NCBI RefSeq assembly: GCF_000010625.1
Contig: NC_010296.1
Location: 4,680,001-4,712,000, forward strand
Reading direction: 5' to 3'
Length of the DNA: 32,000 bases
Source: Microcystis aeruginosa NIES-843
GTDB lineage: Bacteria > Cyanobacteriota > Cyanobacteriia > Cyanobacteriales > Microcystaceae
Every line of letters begins with the position of its first letter. Within the stretch, counting starts at the first letter, position 1. Made by a program: the position numbers and the translations under genes. Shown here one piece after another: positions 23,802 to 32,000 of the stretch. The notes under the pieces were generated by a model. It was given only the letters and a program-made list of their open reading frames with translations, was not told where the DNA came from and did not search any database.

Positions 23802-26189
23802 TTAACGGGTTACTCCATCCACCACTGGACGGACATCGCTGCCCTCAAAATAGCCGGGGTTGCCTGTCCAGTTGAAATCCGACACGCGGATGTTGAGTAT
23901 TCCCAACTGCAGCACGGGGTTATAGCGCAAAATTAAACTATAGGTGCGACGACTCCATTCGAGAAAATATTCTGTACTGATTTCCTTAGCTTGATCGATA
24001 CTATAAATACTCTGGAAACCCACGCGAATCGGACCATATACCTGTTGAGTTATACCATAGGACATTGTTTGTTGATCAACAAAGCGATCGAAGAAAAAGG
24101 GTGATTGTCCGTTAACTAAACCCTGACTAAAACTGAGATTAAATCCAGTATAGTCGAAAAAATTGCGGGAAAAACGCCCAAACTGTCCCAATAATCCCAC
24201 GGTTCCCGTGACGGAATTTTGCGTCTCTCCATTGGTGTAATAACCGGTGACACCAGTGACACCAGTGACAATAGCAATATAGGGTTGAACGGGAAGAGGA
24301 GAAAATCTTAACCCTTGGTCGGGAGTCGGTGGTAAAGTAAGGGCAGACCAGAGTAAAAAACTGCGATTGAGGGAGACAGCGCCCTGAAAACGGCTTAAAT
24401 TAGTAACATTATCCGTTGCATTGGCCGCTAAGAGATTACTGCGATCGGTGGGTGCGTTAACATTCTGAACAGAAGCTTGATAACTGAGTCTAATATCCGT
24501 ATTCGGGACGACAATCACCGGTGAGGTCAAAATTGCCCCAAAACTGCTATTAACCGTCTGAAACCCTAAAGAACCGTTAAAGAGACGCTCGCGATAATTG
24601 TACTCCACATTGAGCAGATAGGGATCCTGCAACTGTCCGATCGTCTGTTGAAAGCGAATTTTAGAACGAACACTATTTTCGATCTGTTCCAAATCTAGAT
24701 TAGAAAAAGAAGCTGTCGCTTGCAAAAACGAGCGCTCGCCAAAATTAGTGGCAAAATTGCCCAATAAACCAAAAGCTTTCGGACTAAGGGCCGAAACTTC
24801 CCCACCTCCAGGGTTAGCTGAGGGAAAAGCATCGGGATTAAGGACTTTTTGCACTAAATATTGCGGTGTCAACTCGAAAAGAGTCTTCGGTGTCTCCACT
24901 AAAGTTAGGGGACTTTCTACGAAAAATCCGCCCCGATCCTCCCCATCATAGCCCGGAGCAATTAAAAAAGGACGACGACGACGGCGATCGAAAGTGAGAC
25001 TATTAATAAAAGTGGGTGCCACTACCCGTTGATCGAAAACCAACTGGGAATTACTCATCCGCAACTCATCGGTAAAGGGGCCGCTACTGCGAAAAGTGGC
25101 GGAATTAGCCCGAACTTCCAACTCAGGAGGGGAAAAAGGGTCATTAGTCAGACGCACATTAGTGGCATTCCACACCTTACCATCAAAATTCAAGCGTTCG
25201 GCCTGAAAACGGACACGATTAATCGTTCCCCCCGATGGACTACTAATATTCTGTCGATCGCGCCGACTGGGATCCTGTCCCCCGACGACAAATTGAAAAC
25301 CCTCTCCCGTGGTAATTCTCTGCAAGGGTTGATTTAATGCCAAACGATCGGTTAGGGTTGCAAAAGAACTACCGGCCCCCACATCCGTGGGCAGCGTTTG
25401 TCCTAAATCCCTAGCGGTGCTGGGTTGAAAAATCTCCCCATTAGCATTAAATACCACACCGCTATCCTGGACGAAATAATATTCAAAGCGATCGCCGCGC
25501 AGGATTTGATCTCCCCGGGTTAGGATCACCTGGCCCTCCGCTACCGCTAACTTTTCGGGAAGATTAATCTGTAAGCGATCGGCCGTTAGTACACTTTGGG
25601 CAAAACGCAGGGTGACATTACCTCTAGCGGTGATAATCTGCCGATTTTGGTCAAATTCCTGCTCATCGGCCACCAATTCTAGGGGCTTTTCCCCTTCTGG
25701 ATTAGCGGCCTGACCTAGGCCGTTATTGAGGGAAATCAAGTATTCTTGGCTGGTTTTTTCGCCTTTTTTCCGCACTAATAGCCGAGTTGAGCCATTTTTC
25801 TGGTTAAGAGCTTTTTGATTTAATCCTGAAACTATCTCGGTTTCGGGATGAATGGTGACATCAACGGCTGCGGGGGGTGGAGAATTCTGGACAGAAAGGG
25901 GTTTTCCTAAAGCTGCCGCATCACCCCCACTGCTAGGTAAAGGTTCTAAGGGAATACCCTGATCGGGAACCAAGGGTTTTACCTCGACGGTTTCCGGGGG
26001 TGGAGTGACGGTTAGGGGAATAGAAACGCTCTCTTCTGAAGGCTTTTTTGCTTCTAGAGGTGCTGGGGTGACAGGGAGGGGAATTACTGACGCGGGACTA
26101 TTTTCAGAAACTTGGCGCTCCTCCGTTTCCGGTTCGGCTACAGTATTAATCAGGGCAGGTGGTTCAACAGCTAAGAGAAAAAAAGACAT
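23802..26189 (-). CDS. LptD/OstA-like outer-membrane LPS-assembly protein (cyanobacterial OstA-N plus large beta-barrel region)
   Basis: An OstA-like N-domain is present (ITARGNVTLRFAQSVLTADRLQINL...GDRFEY). A Pro-rich linker precedes it and a long beta-rich C-terminus follows. Other lpt genes lie in the same window. Confidence 0.7.
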   Translation of the reverse strand: MSFFLLAVEPPALINTVAEPETEERQVSENSPASVIPLPVTPAPLEAKKPSEESVSIPLTVTPPPETVEVKPLVPDQGIPLEPLPSSGGDAAALGKPLSVQNSPPPAAVDVTIHPETEIVSGLNQKALNQKNGSTRLLVRKKGEKTSQEYLISLNNGLGQAANPEGEKPLELVADEQEFDQNRQIITARGNVTLRFAQSVLTADRLQINLPEKLAVAEGQVILTRGDQILRGDRFEYYFVQDSGVVFNANGEIFQPSTARDLGQTLPTDVGAGSSFATLTDRLALNQPLQRITTGEGFQFVVGGQDPSRRDRQNISSPSGGTINRVRFQAERLNFDGKVWNATNVRLTNDPFSPPELEVRANSATFRSSGPFTDELRMSNSQLVFDQRVVAPTFINSLTFDRRRRRPFLIAPGYDGEDRGGFFVESPLTLVETPKTLFELTPQYLVQKVLNPDAFPSANPGGGEVSALSPKAFGLLGNFATNFGERSFLQATASFSNLDLEQIENSVRSKIRFQQTIGQLQDPYLLNVEYNYRERLFNGSLGFQTVNSSFGAILTSPVIVVPNTDIRLSYQASVQNVNAPTDRSNLLAANATDNVTNLSRFQGAVSLNRSFLLWSALTLPPTPDQGLRFSPLPVQPYIAIVTGVTGVTGYYTNGETQNSVTGTVGLLGQFGRFSRNFFDYTGFNLSFSQGLVNGQSPFFFDRFVDQQTMSYGITQQVYGPIRVGFQSIYSIDQAKEISTEYFLEWSRRTYSLILRYNPVLQLGILNIRVSDFNWTGNPGYFEGSDVRPVVDGVTR

Positions 26190-26233
26190 GACTGCACGAG
26201 TCGGCGATCAAAATAGAGGACGAGCGAACCTCA

Positions 26234-26590
26234 TTGACATCCTCGCCGCCCTAAAAGTGCGGCGATTCCTAAACCTCACGATTTAAGTTTCTGCTTCCAC
26301 CACCGTCGCATACCACAGTTAAAAAACCATGTACTGTCTTACACAGAGTCCACAGACTTTCGCCCCATTTCAGAAGCCCGATTCCGTGTGTCCCACGGTA
26401 CGTTGACCGCCTATAGCTTCTTGTACTTGTTGCGCGCGACTTTTTACCCGGCCAAGCTTTTCTGGTCGGAACCCCCTAAGCCGAGTTTTCAAGGTGCTGC
26501 GCCGTCCACTTGGTTTTCGAGACTGGCCTTTTAATTCTAACGTAAAGCCAACCTAGAACGGCGGGGTTTCAGACCCAAAATTTCCGATGA
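26234..26590 (-). mobile_element. 357-bp IS605-family mini-element (decayed tnpB core, both end hairpins retained)
   Basis: The right end ...GGCGAGGATGTCAA and left end TCATCGGAAATTTTGGGTCTGAAACCCCGCC... match the two full copies. The interior keeps short tnpB-like stretches such as GTGTGTCCCAC but has no ORF. Confidence 0.7.
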
Positions 26591-26682
26591 TACTACCATG
26601 ATCATTATTTCTGGGGAGACAGGGGAAGTTCGATAACTTGTTCCCTGTGCCTCTACCCTAGAACCAGTTTGATAATTGTCTT

Positions 26683-26799
26683 CTACTCAAAGTCTTTGCG
26701 TCCGGGGTTACGGGTAGGATCGCCAGAAAGGAAGCCAAAGATAAAAAGTAAGACAAAGAAGGAAACAACGATATAAACGGCGATTTTTAGGGTTAACAT
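26683..26799 (-). CDS. psbI: photosystem II reaction-centre protein I (38 aa)
   Basis: The translation is [38 protein letters not shown]. An AAGGAG Shine-Dalgarno lies upstream. It is below the ORF-track size cutoff. Confidence 0.9.
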   Translation of the reverse strand: MLTLKIAVYIVVSFFVLLFIFGFLSGDPTRNPGRKDFE

Positions 26800-26903
26800 T
26801 ACTAAGACGTTCTCCTTAGACTAGATTAATTCAATAACAGGGGTGAGCATACCTTGACCTACTTTACCCTATTTGGGCGATCCCTGAACAGAGAAAAGCG
26901 ATC

Positions 26904-26994
26904 GGTTATCAGTCGTCAGTTATCAGTTATCAGTGAGCAGTGATCAGATGTGAGTTTTTAGTGGACAGTCTTATCAGTGATCGGTTATCAGTGG
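26904..26994. repeat. heptamer-periodic GTNNNCA repeats (GTTATCA GTCGTCA GTTATCA GTTATCA GTGAGCA GTGATCA ...)
   Basis: This is a direct reading and resembles STRR-type cyanobacterial short tandem repeats. Confidence 0.6.
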
Positions 26995-27101
26995 GAGAAG
27001 AGAATATTAAAGGACAGTTTTCTGCTGTCTTTTCACTGTTTACTGGTTACTGTTGACTTATCACTGAAAATACGACTAAATAGCCTATTTTTAGCCAATT
27101 T

Positions 27102-27941
27102 ATGAATAATCTCGGTAAATTGTATGTGGTGGGAACGCCGATCGGTAATTTAGACGATCTGACTTTCCGGTCCCTGGCAACTCTCAAAAAAGTCACTCTA
27201 ATTGCTGCCGAAGATACCAGACACACCGGCAAATTATTGCAGCATTTTGATATTCTGACCCCTCAAATTAGTTACCACGAACATAATCGTCTTTCCCGTC
27301 TCGATGAGTTATTAAATATTCTCAGCCAAGGTCAGGATATCGCTTTGGTTACTGATGCGGGAATGCCGGGGATTTCTGATCCGGGTTATGAGTTAATTAA
27401 AGCTTGTATAGAAGCTCAGATCGAAGTGGTTCCCATCCCCGGAGTAACGGCGGTAATTACTGCTTTAGCGGTGTCGGGATTACCCACGGAAAGATTCTGT
27501 TTTGAAGGATTTCTTCCGGGTAAGGAAAAGCTGAGACAAGAACACTTAGAGAGTTTAAAAACTGAAACGAGAACGATGGTTTTTTATGAAGCACCTCACA
27601 AACTTATTAAGACTTTGGAGGATTTACGAGAAACTTTCGGACCAACGAGAAAGATAGTTTTAGGTCGGGAATTAACCAAGCTTTACGAAGAAATTTGGCG
27701 AGGAACTGTCGCCGAGGCGATTAATTTATATCGAGAGAATAAAACTCCTAAAGGGGAATTTACTATCGTAGTTATGGGCAACAATCGGTTCGATACTATC
27801 CAATTATCCGACGAGGAATTAAAACGGGAATTAAAACAAATTATCGAAGGAGGAGTTAATCGATCGCAAGCCAGCAGACAATTAGCACAGGTTACTAATT
27901 TATCCCGCAGTCGTTTATACAAATTAGCTTTAGAAATTTGA
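27102..27941 (+). CDS. rsmI: 16S rRNA (cytidine1402-2'-O)-methyltransferase
   Basis: The sequence LYVVGTPIGNLDDLTFRSLATLKKVTLIAAEDTRHTGKLL is characteristic, as is the length. Confidence 0.9.
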   Translation: MNNLGKLYVVGTPIGNLDDLTFRSLATLKKVTLIAAEDTRHTGKLLQHFDILTPQISYHEHNRLSRLDELLNILSQGQDIALVTDAGMPGISDPGYELIKACIEAQIEVVPIPGVTAVITALAVSGLPTERFCFEGFLPGKEKLRQEHLESLKTETRTMVFYEAPHKLIKTLEDLRETFGPTRKIVLGRELTKLYEEIWRGTVAEAINLYRENKTPKGEFTIVVMGNNRFDTIQLSDEELKRELKQIIEGGVNRSQASRQLAQVTNLSRSRLYKLALEI

Positions 27942-27977
27942 TGATTATCAATTTTTATTCCCACCGCTAACCCTCGA

Positions 27978-29147
27978 TTATTTAGCCGATTGAAGTAACA
28001 AAATTCCCCCGGCAGTTAATCCTAAAATATTGGGCAACCAAGCGGCCATCAAGGGGGTTAAAACTCCGCCAATGCCTAAGGAACTGGTGACAAAAGATAG
28101 GAGATAATAGGAGAAAATTAGGACAATACAAATACCGAAACTGGTGGCTTTGTTAGAATTTTGGGGACGTAATCCCAAGGCTGCCCCAATCATCCCAAAA
28201 ACTAAACAAACAAAGGGTAAAGATATTTTCTGCTCGATTTGAACCTGTAGTTTTCTAATTTTGGTGGGATTGCCGCTTAATTGCAGTATTTCTAGGTATT
28301 CCCGCGCTTGTCTCAGGGTCATTTCCGAACCATCTCGCGCCCGAAAAGCTAAATCTAAAGGGGTACGAGGTAGGGCTAATTGTTGATGTTGAAAGCGGAC
28401 AATATTACGATAGGAACCCTTAGGATCAATTAGATAAATTGTGCCGTTATAAAAATCCCAAATATTTTTTTCAATATTCCAAGAAGCTGATTCTGAGGTA
28501 ATAATTTGATTAACTTCCGGCTGGGTGCGATCGAGAATGGTTAAACCTAGCATCTCTTGACCGTTAAATCTTTCGGCATAAAATAACCTTCTTAATACCG
28601 TTTGGGGTTCCCCTCCATCCGGTTGCCGCACTTTGCCGTATTCAGGATAAATAATATTATCTTCAATAAAAGATTTGCGATTTGGTCGCAGAGCTTTCGT
28701 CATGGTAGCATTAGCTTCATAACTGGCAGCCGGAGCCACATAATCATTAAAAACGTAGGTTAATCCCGTCACTATTAAACTTAGCACAATGGCGGGAATT
28801 ATTAGGCGATAAACACTAATTCCAATACTTTTCAAAGCAATTAATTCGCTATCACTGGCTAAACGACTGTAGGCCATTAAAGCCGCTAAAAGTATCGACA
28901 TCGGAAAGGCTAAAACGATAAACTCTGGCATTTTTAATAAGAGAATTTTTAAGGCCAAAGTAAAAGGTAAACCCGATTCAGTAATCCGTCGCACTAAATC
29001 AAATAAAGTACCGATCGCCACTCCCAAAGAAGTGAATAAACCCATACCAAATAAAAAGGGCAATAATAACTCGACAAAAATATAGCGGTCTAAGATGCTA
29101 AATCCGGGTATTCTACTTAAATTTCCTTGCCAATTGCCAACTTTCAT
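27978..29147 (-). CDS. LptF/LptG-family LPS export permease (YjgP/YjgQ)
   Basis: 389 aa with N- and C-terminal TM bundles around a periplasmic domain. It is adjacent to lptB. Confidence 0.8.
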   Translation of the reverse strand: MKVGNWQGNLSRIPGFSILDRYIFVELLLPFLFGMGLFTSLGVAIGTLFDLVRRITESGLPFTLALKILLLKMPEFIVLAFPMSILLAALMAYSRLASDSELIALKSIGISVYRLIIPAIVLSLIVTGLTYVFNDYVAPAASYEANATMTKALRPNRKSFIEDNIIYPEYGKVRQPDGGEPQTVLRRLFYAERFNGQEMLGLTILDRTQPEVNQIITSESASWNIEKNIWDFYNGTIYLIDPKGSYRNIVRFQHQQLALPRTPLDLAFRARDGSEMTLRQAREYLEILQLSGNPTKIRKLQVQIEQKISLPFVCLVFGMIGAALGLRPQNSNKATSFGICIVLIFSYYLLSFVTSSLGIGGVLTPLMAAWLPNILGLTAGGILLLQSAK

Positions 29148-29178
29148 GATATAATGCAGCGATTTTTATTAATAACAA

Positions 29179-29907
29179 TTATCTGAAAAAATTATCACCC
29201 AAATAATACTGACGCACCAGAGGATTATTATAAAGTTCTTCGCCACTTCCCGCCGCTAAAATCTGCCCTTCGCGCATAATATAAGCCCGATTAGTGATAG
29301 CCAAAGTTTCTCGCACATTGTGATCAGTAATTAAAATTCCCATCTGACGATCCCTTAAACCAGCAATCATCGCTTGAATCTCGGACACGGCGATCGGATC
29401 CACCCCCGCGAAAGGTTCATCTAATAATAAAAATCTCGGTCCGTTGACTCCCACCGCTAAAGCGCGAGCTAATTCTGTCCTCCTTCTTTCTCCTCCGGAA
29501 ACGTAGGCTCCTTTAGTGCGAACAATCTTATCGAGGCGAAATTCTTTTAATAAATCATAGAGACGATTTGCCCGTTGGGAAAAGGGAACCCCCGACTGTT
29601 CTAGGGCTAACTGAATATTTTCTGATACAGTTAAATAACGAAAAATACTGGCCTGCTGCGTCAGATAGCCAATACCCAGACGCGCCCTCTGATTAAGGGG
29701 TAATTTGGTAATTTCTTTTTGATCGAGCCAAACGCGCCCTTGATTCGGTTTAATTAATCCCGTGGCGATATAAAAAGTTGTGGTTTTCCCCGCACCATTT
29801 GGTCCCAATAACCCGACAATTTCCCCCGGGGCAACCGTAATACTCACCCGGTTAACCACGAGCCTTTTACCGTAGGATTTATGGATATTTTCTAATACTA
29901 AAGTCAT
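29179..29907 (-). CDS. lptB: LPS export ABC transporter ATP-binding protein
   Basis: Walker A is GPNGAGKTT, the signature is VSGGERRRTELARAL and Walker B is LLLDEPFAGVDP. Confidence 0.9.
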   Translation of the reverse strand: MTLVLENIHKSYGKRLVVNRVSITVAPGEIVGLLGPNGAGKTTTFYIATGLIKPNQGRVWLDQKEITKLPLNQRARLGIGYLTQQASIFRYLTVSENIQLALEQSGVPFSQRANRLYDLLKEFRLDKIVRTKGAYVSGGERRRTELARALAVGVNGPRFLLLDEPFAGVDPIAVSEIQAMIAGLRDRQMGILITDHNVRETLAITNRAYIMREGQILAAGSGEELYNNPLVRQYYLGDNFFR

Positions 29908-29915
29908 CTTTATCC

Positions 29916-30033
29916 GGTGTTGGGTGTTGGGGAAGTGGGGAAGTGGGGGGGTGGGGTGTAGGGTGTAGGGTGTGGGGTGTGGGGTGTAGGGTGTGGGGTG
30001 TGGGGTGTAGGGTGTAGGGTGTAGGGTGTGGGA
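29916..30033. repeat. G-rich heptamer array; 11 perfect GGGTGTR units at 29954-30030 preceded by degenerate units
   Basis: This is a direct count. The same heptamer occurs inside MITE family A. Confidence 0.85.
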
Positions 30034-30052
30034 AGAATAACTAAAAATAATC

Positions 30053-30080
30053 TCCTGACCCCTGACTCCTGACTCCTGAC
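30053..30080. repeat. YCCTGAC heptamer x4
   Basis: The sequence reads TCCTGAC CCCTGAC TCCTGAC TCCTGAC, immediately 3' of the LptA/C-like stop. Confidence 0.7.
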
Positions 30081-30082
30081 TA

Positions 30083-30583
30083 TCACTGCGGGTTAATCAT
30101 TGGGGCAGCGGGGAGGGAAGGGGAAGGTATGGGTGCGGGTGTCGGAGAAGCAGCCGGTTGGGGGGAAGTTTCGTTATCTTGGACTAAATAAATTGACTCC
30201 ACCTGCTGACTGGTTTGGGGAGTAGCGATAAATCTGCCCTCATCGACAAGATAAGTCATCGTTTCGGCGCGGATACTGTTGCCTTCCTGCAAAACGTAAA
30301 CGTTACCCGTCATCACTAAACGACGTTCGCGGCTAAAATACTGAGCTTGAGCAGAAGTGGCCTGCATTTTGCGGGCGGGATAGAACACTTGTACGTTACC
30401 CCTCGCAGTAATTACCCCCGTTTTTGAGTTCGCCTCCTGAATATCCGATCGCACTGTCATGGCATTACCTGGTACAATGTTCTGCTGTGCTTTGACTAGG
30501 GGAGAATTGCCCAATCCCATGATTAAGCCAGCAGAAACGAGGGCAACTAGCCATCCTCTGATTTTTGCGTATCTTGCTCTCAT
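30083..30583 (-). CDS. LptA/LptC-like periplasmic OstA-N domain protein
   Basis: There is a signal/anchor (WLVALVSAGLIMGLG). The OstA-like repeats are ITARGNVQVFYP...MTGNVYVLQEGNSIRAETMTY. The tail is Pro-rich. Confidence 0.7.
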   Translation of the reverse strand: MRARYAKIRGWLVALVSAGLIMGLGNSPLVKAQQNIVPGNAMTVRSDIQEANSKTGVITARGNVQVFYPARKMQATSAQAQYFSRERRLVMTGNVYVLQEGNSIRAETMTYLVDEGRFIATPQTSQQVESIYLVQDNETSPQPAASPTPAPIPSPSLPAAPMINPQ

Positions 30584-30632
30584 AGAAATGTCACCTATAG
30601 ACGTAATTGTATTGACTAACTAATCTAGCTTT

Positions 30633-31058
30633 TTAGAGAACGGGTTGACTTTTGAGGATTTTCGGCAGAGAACAGATAGATCGATCGAGGTGGGGATGAG
30701 GATGTTCCTGATTGCTTTTCATCGCTTCTAGCACTGCCGGTAATGCTTGGGGATCAAGATTCTGTAAAAAGTTTAATAGATCCAAACTCTCCCCAACCAA
30801 GTGCGTCACGTTGATCCCCTCGTAATCGGGTTGATAGTGTTGCAAACGTCTAACCCCTTCTCCCAAAAGGATTACCGCTCCGCGCCAGTTATTATTTTCC
30901 AGATGGTAACAAGCGACAGCAATCTGCAAAATGCCTTGATAAAAGGTTTTTTCAGGCTCTGCGGACTCCATCCACAAAGCCTCCAGGGTATCATGACAAG
31001 CATAGAATTGCTGGCGATTAAATTCGTCGATTCCTTGGCCAAAAGCGGTGGCTGTCAT
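30633..31058 (-). CDS. DUF309-domain protein
   Basis: The sequence FNRQQFYACHDTLEALW...FYQGILQIAVACYHLENNNWRGA fits the family. Confidence 0.7.
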   Translation of the reverse strand: MTATAFGQGIDEFNRQQFYACHDTLEALWMESAEPEKTFYQGILQIAVACYHLENNNWRGAVILLGEGVRRLQHYQPDYEGINVTHLVGESLDLLNFLQNLDPQALPAVLEAMKSNQEHPHPHLDRSICSLPKILKSQPVL

Positions 31059-31067
31059 TACCCTAAA

Positions 31068-31427
31068 CTAATGCCCCTTCATCGATTCGCGGACTTCTTG
31101 GATATAGTCGAGGGAAATTATCTGTTCTTCCCCAGCAAACTCGTTATCGGGGGTAATAAATAGCATACAGTGACATTCTTTCCGTTCCCGCATCGGTACA
31201 CAGGGACAATTCCAGAAAGTATTTTTTACCTCCGCTTCTTTGTCTTCGTAGTGACGACAGGGACATAAAGGAGCGCCTAATTCGTCCTTATGACGCGCTA
31301 ATCCCTCAATTACTACGGCTGTCACCGAGAGATCGCTACAGAAATAAGTATTTGTACGTCTAGCGTACTGTTCGGCAAAATTCTTCATCGCCTCAAGACT
31401 CTTATCCGTGTCTGTGATCTGGCTCAT
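31068..31427 (-). CDS. ftrC: ferredoxin-thioredoxin reductase catalytic subunit
   Basis: The cysteine pattern CPCRHYEDKEAE...WNCPCVPMRERKECHCMLF is characteristic. Confidence 0.9.
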   Translation of the reverse strand: MSQITDTDKSLEAMKNFAEQYARRTNTYFCSDLSVTAVVIEGLARHKDELGAPLCPCRHYEDKEAEVKNTFWNCPCVPMRERKECHCMLFITPDNEFAGEEQIISLDYIQEVRESMKGH

Positions 31428-31682
31428 AGTTATCTTATCTCCCTAGCTTTCTACAAAAAAACTTTTTACTATCCTATCTCGATCCGCTTCCCCTTGGCTG
31501 AGGGGAATTTTTAGAATCTCTTTTGATTTTGCGACCGCTCCCCTTGTTAATCTAATACGATAAAAAGACTCCCTTTGGCCAAAAGCTCGATTTTTTGGCC
31601 AGCAAATCGGAATTATGGGGGCAAAGTTCCTCAAAACCTGTCCTTGATTCCCGCAATCTCTGTCCCCTATCACTACCAGAAC

Positions 31683-31982
31683 ATGATTTTATCTTTCTTG
31701 GAGACAAATAAAATTTCTGACGATAATACACCTTGGTGGCTGAAAATTACCTCCCTTTCCCCCCACTGTATTTACTATTTTGGTCCCTTTGCTTCTTTTG
31801 AGGAAGCACAACAGCATCAGGGGGGTTATCTACAAGATATAGAGTCCGAAGGAGCGCAAGGAATTAGTCTTTCGATCGAGCGGAGTAATCCCCATTATTT
31901 GACCGTTTTTGACGATGGAAATCAGGATCTAGCTAAAACTTTGACTTCCCATGCTCGAACCTTTTCTCGCTTTATTTCTTAA
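31683..31982 (+). CDS. DUF1816-domain protein (99 aa from the ATG at 31683)
   Basis: The sequence WWLKITSLSPHCIYYFGPFASFEEAQ is characteristic. The longer track ORF start lies in the divergent promoter region. Confidence 0.65.
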   Translation: MILSFLETNKISDDNTPWWLKITSLSPHCIYYFGPFASFEEAQQHQGGYLQDIESEGAQGISLSIERSNPHYLTVFDDGNQDLAKTLTSHARTFSRFIS

Positions 31983-32000
31983 GTCTCCCTGTCCTCTTTG

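Noticed and set aside
31443-31673. 76-aa minus-strand ORF and the N-terminal extension of the DUF1816 ORF (31575-31682)
   Set aside because: Both lie in the divergent ftrC/DUF1816 promoter region. The DUF1816 homology starts only after the ATG at 31683.
1-32000. Search for tRNA, rRNA and tmRNA-like sequences and for cas, integrase or reverse-transcriptase genes
   Set aside because: No T-arm/acceptor patterns, rRNA-like blocks or such ORFs were recognised on either strand. GGTTCGAT-like strings occur only inside repeat family C and cca.

Overview
This looks like a cyanobacterial chromosome segment. HIP1 palindromes (GCGATCGC) are frequent, and psbI, ycf34, ftrC, DUF1816 and DUF309 genes are present. 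The density of MITEs, IS elements and TA modules is reminiscent of Microcystis, but that is inference only. The window falls into three zones.

(i) 1-13.9 kb is a highly plastic accessory zone.
- A co-oriented minus-strand array of type II toxin-antitoxin cassettes. It holds three paralogous RHH-antitoxin/PIN-toxin copies: one intact, one split by a MITE, one truncated. It also holds a further PIN gene, a DUF4258/YgiT-like pair, and a recurring 64-69 aa gene.
- Two PEP-CTERM surface-protein genes, one split in its sorting tail by a 1179-bp IS.
- Two tnpB-only IS200/IS605 elements in inverted orientation. They bracket a small-protein/retropepsin-like pair and one PEP-CTERM gene.
- At least three MITE-like repeat families.

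(ii) 13.9-20.5 kb is mostly housekeeping: an MtnX-like HAD phosphatase, a nitrilase-family hydrolase, cca and ycf34. It also contains a membrane-protein cluster of unknown function that carries an IS630 insertion.

(iii) 20.5-32 kb contains a decayed TA remnant and an intact MmeI-family type IIL restriction-modification gene. It also holds an LPS-transport set (LptD-like, LptF/G, lptB, LptA/C-like), an IS605-derived mini-element, psbI (absent from the ORF track), rsmI, DUF309, ftrC and DUF1816.

The most interesting observations are these.
- A homopolymeric G tract forms the -35/-10 spacer of the promoters of both PEP-CTERM genes, with G11 at one, G10 at the other, and G6 in a remnant copy. 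This is a candidate phase-variation switch.
- TA cassettes appear to be shuffled at exact gene boundaries, and they are flanked by a reused HIP1-hairpin terminator module.
- A small gene recurs as a third partner of unrelated TA modules.
- Two tnpB elements in inverted orientation bracket a 2.56-kb segment, and a 357-bp mini-derivative that keeps both end hairpins lies at 26234-26590.
- A hairpin MITE with variable 38-bp repeats supplies the cca stop codon.
- Telomere-like GGGTGTR heptamer arrays lie inside the lpt operon.

No tRNA, rRNA or CRISPR array was found.
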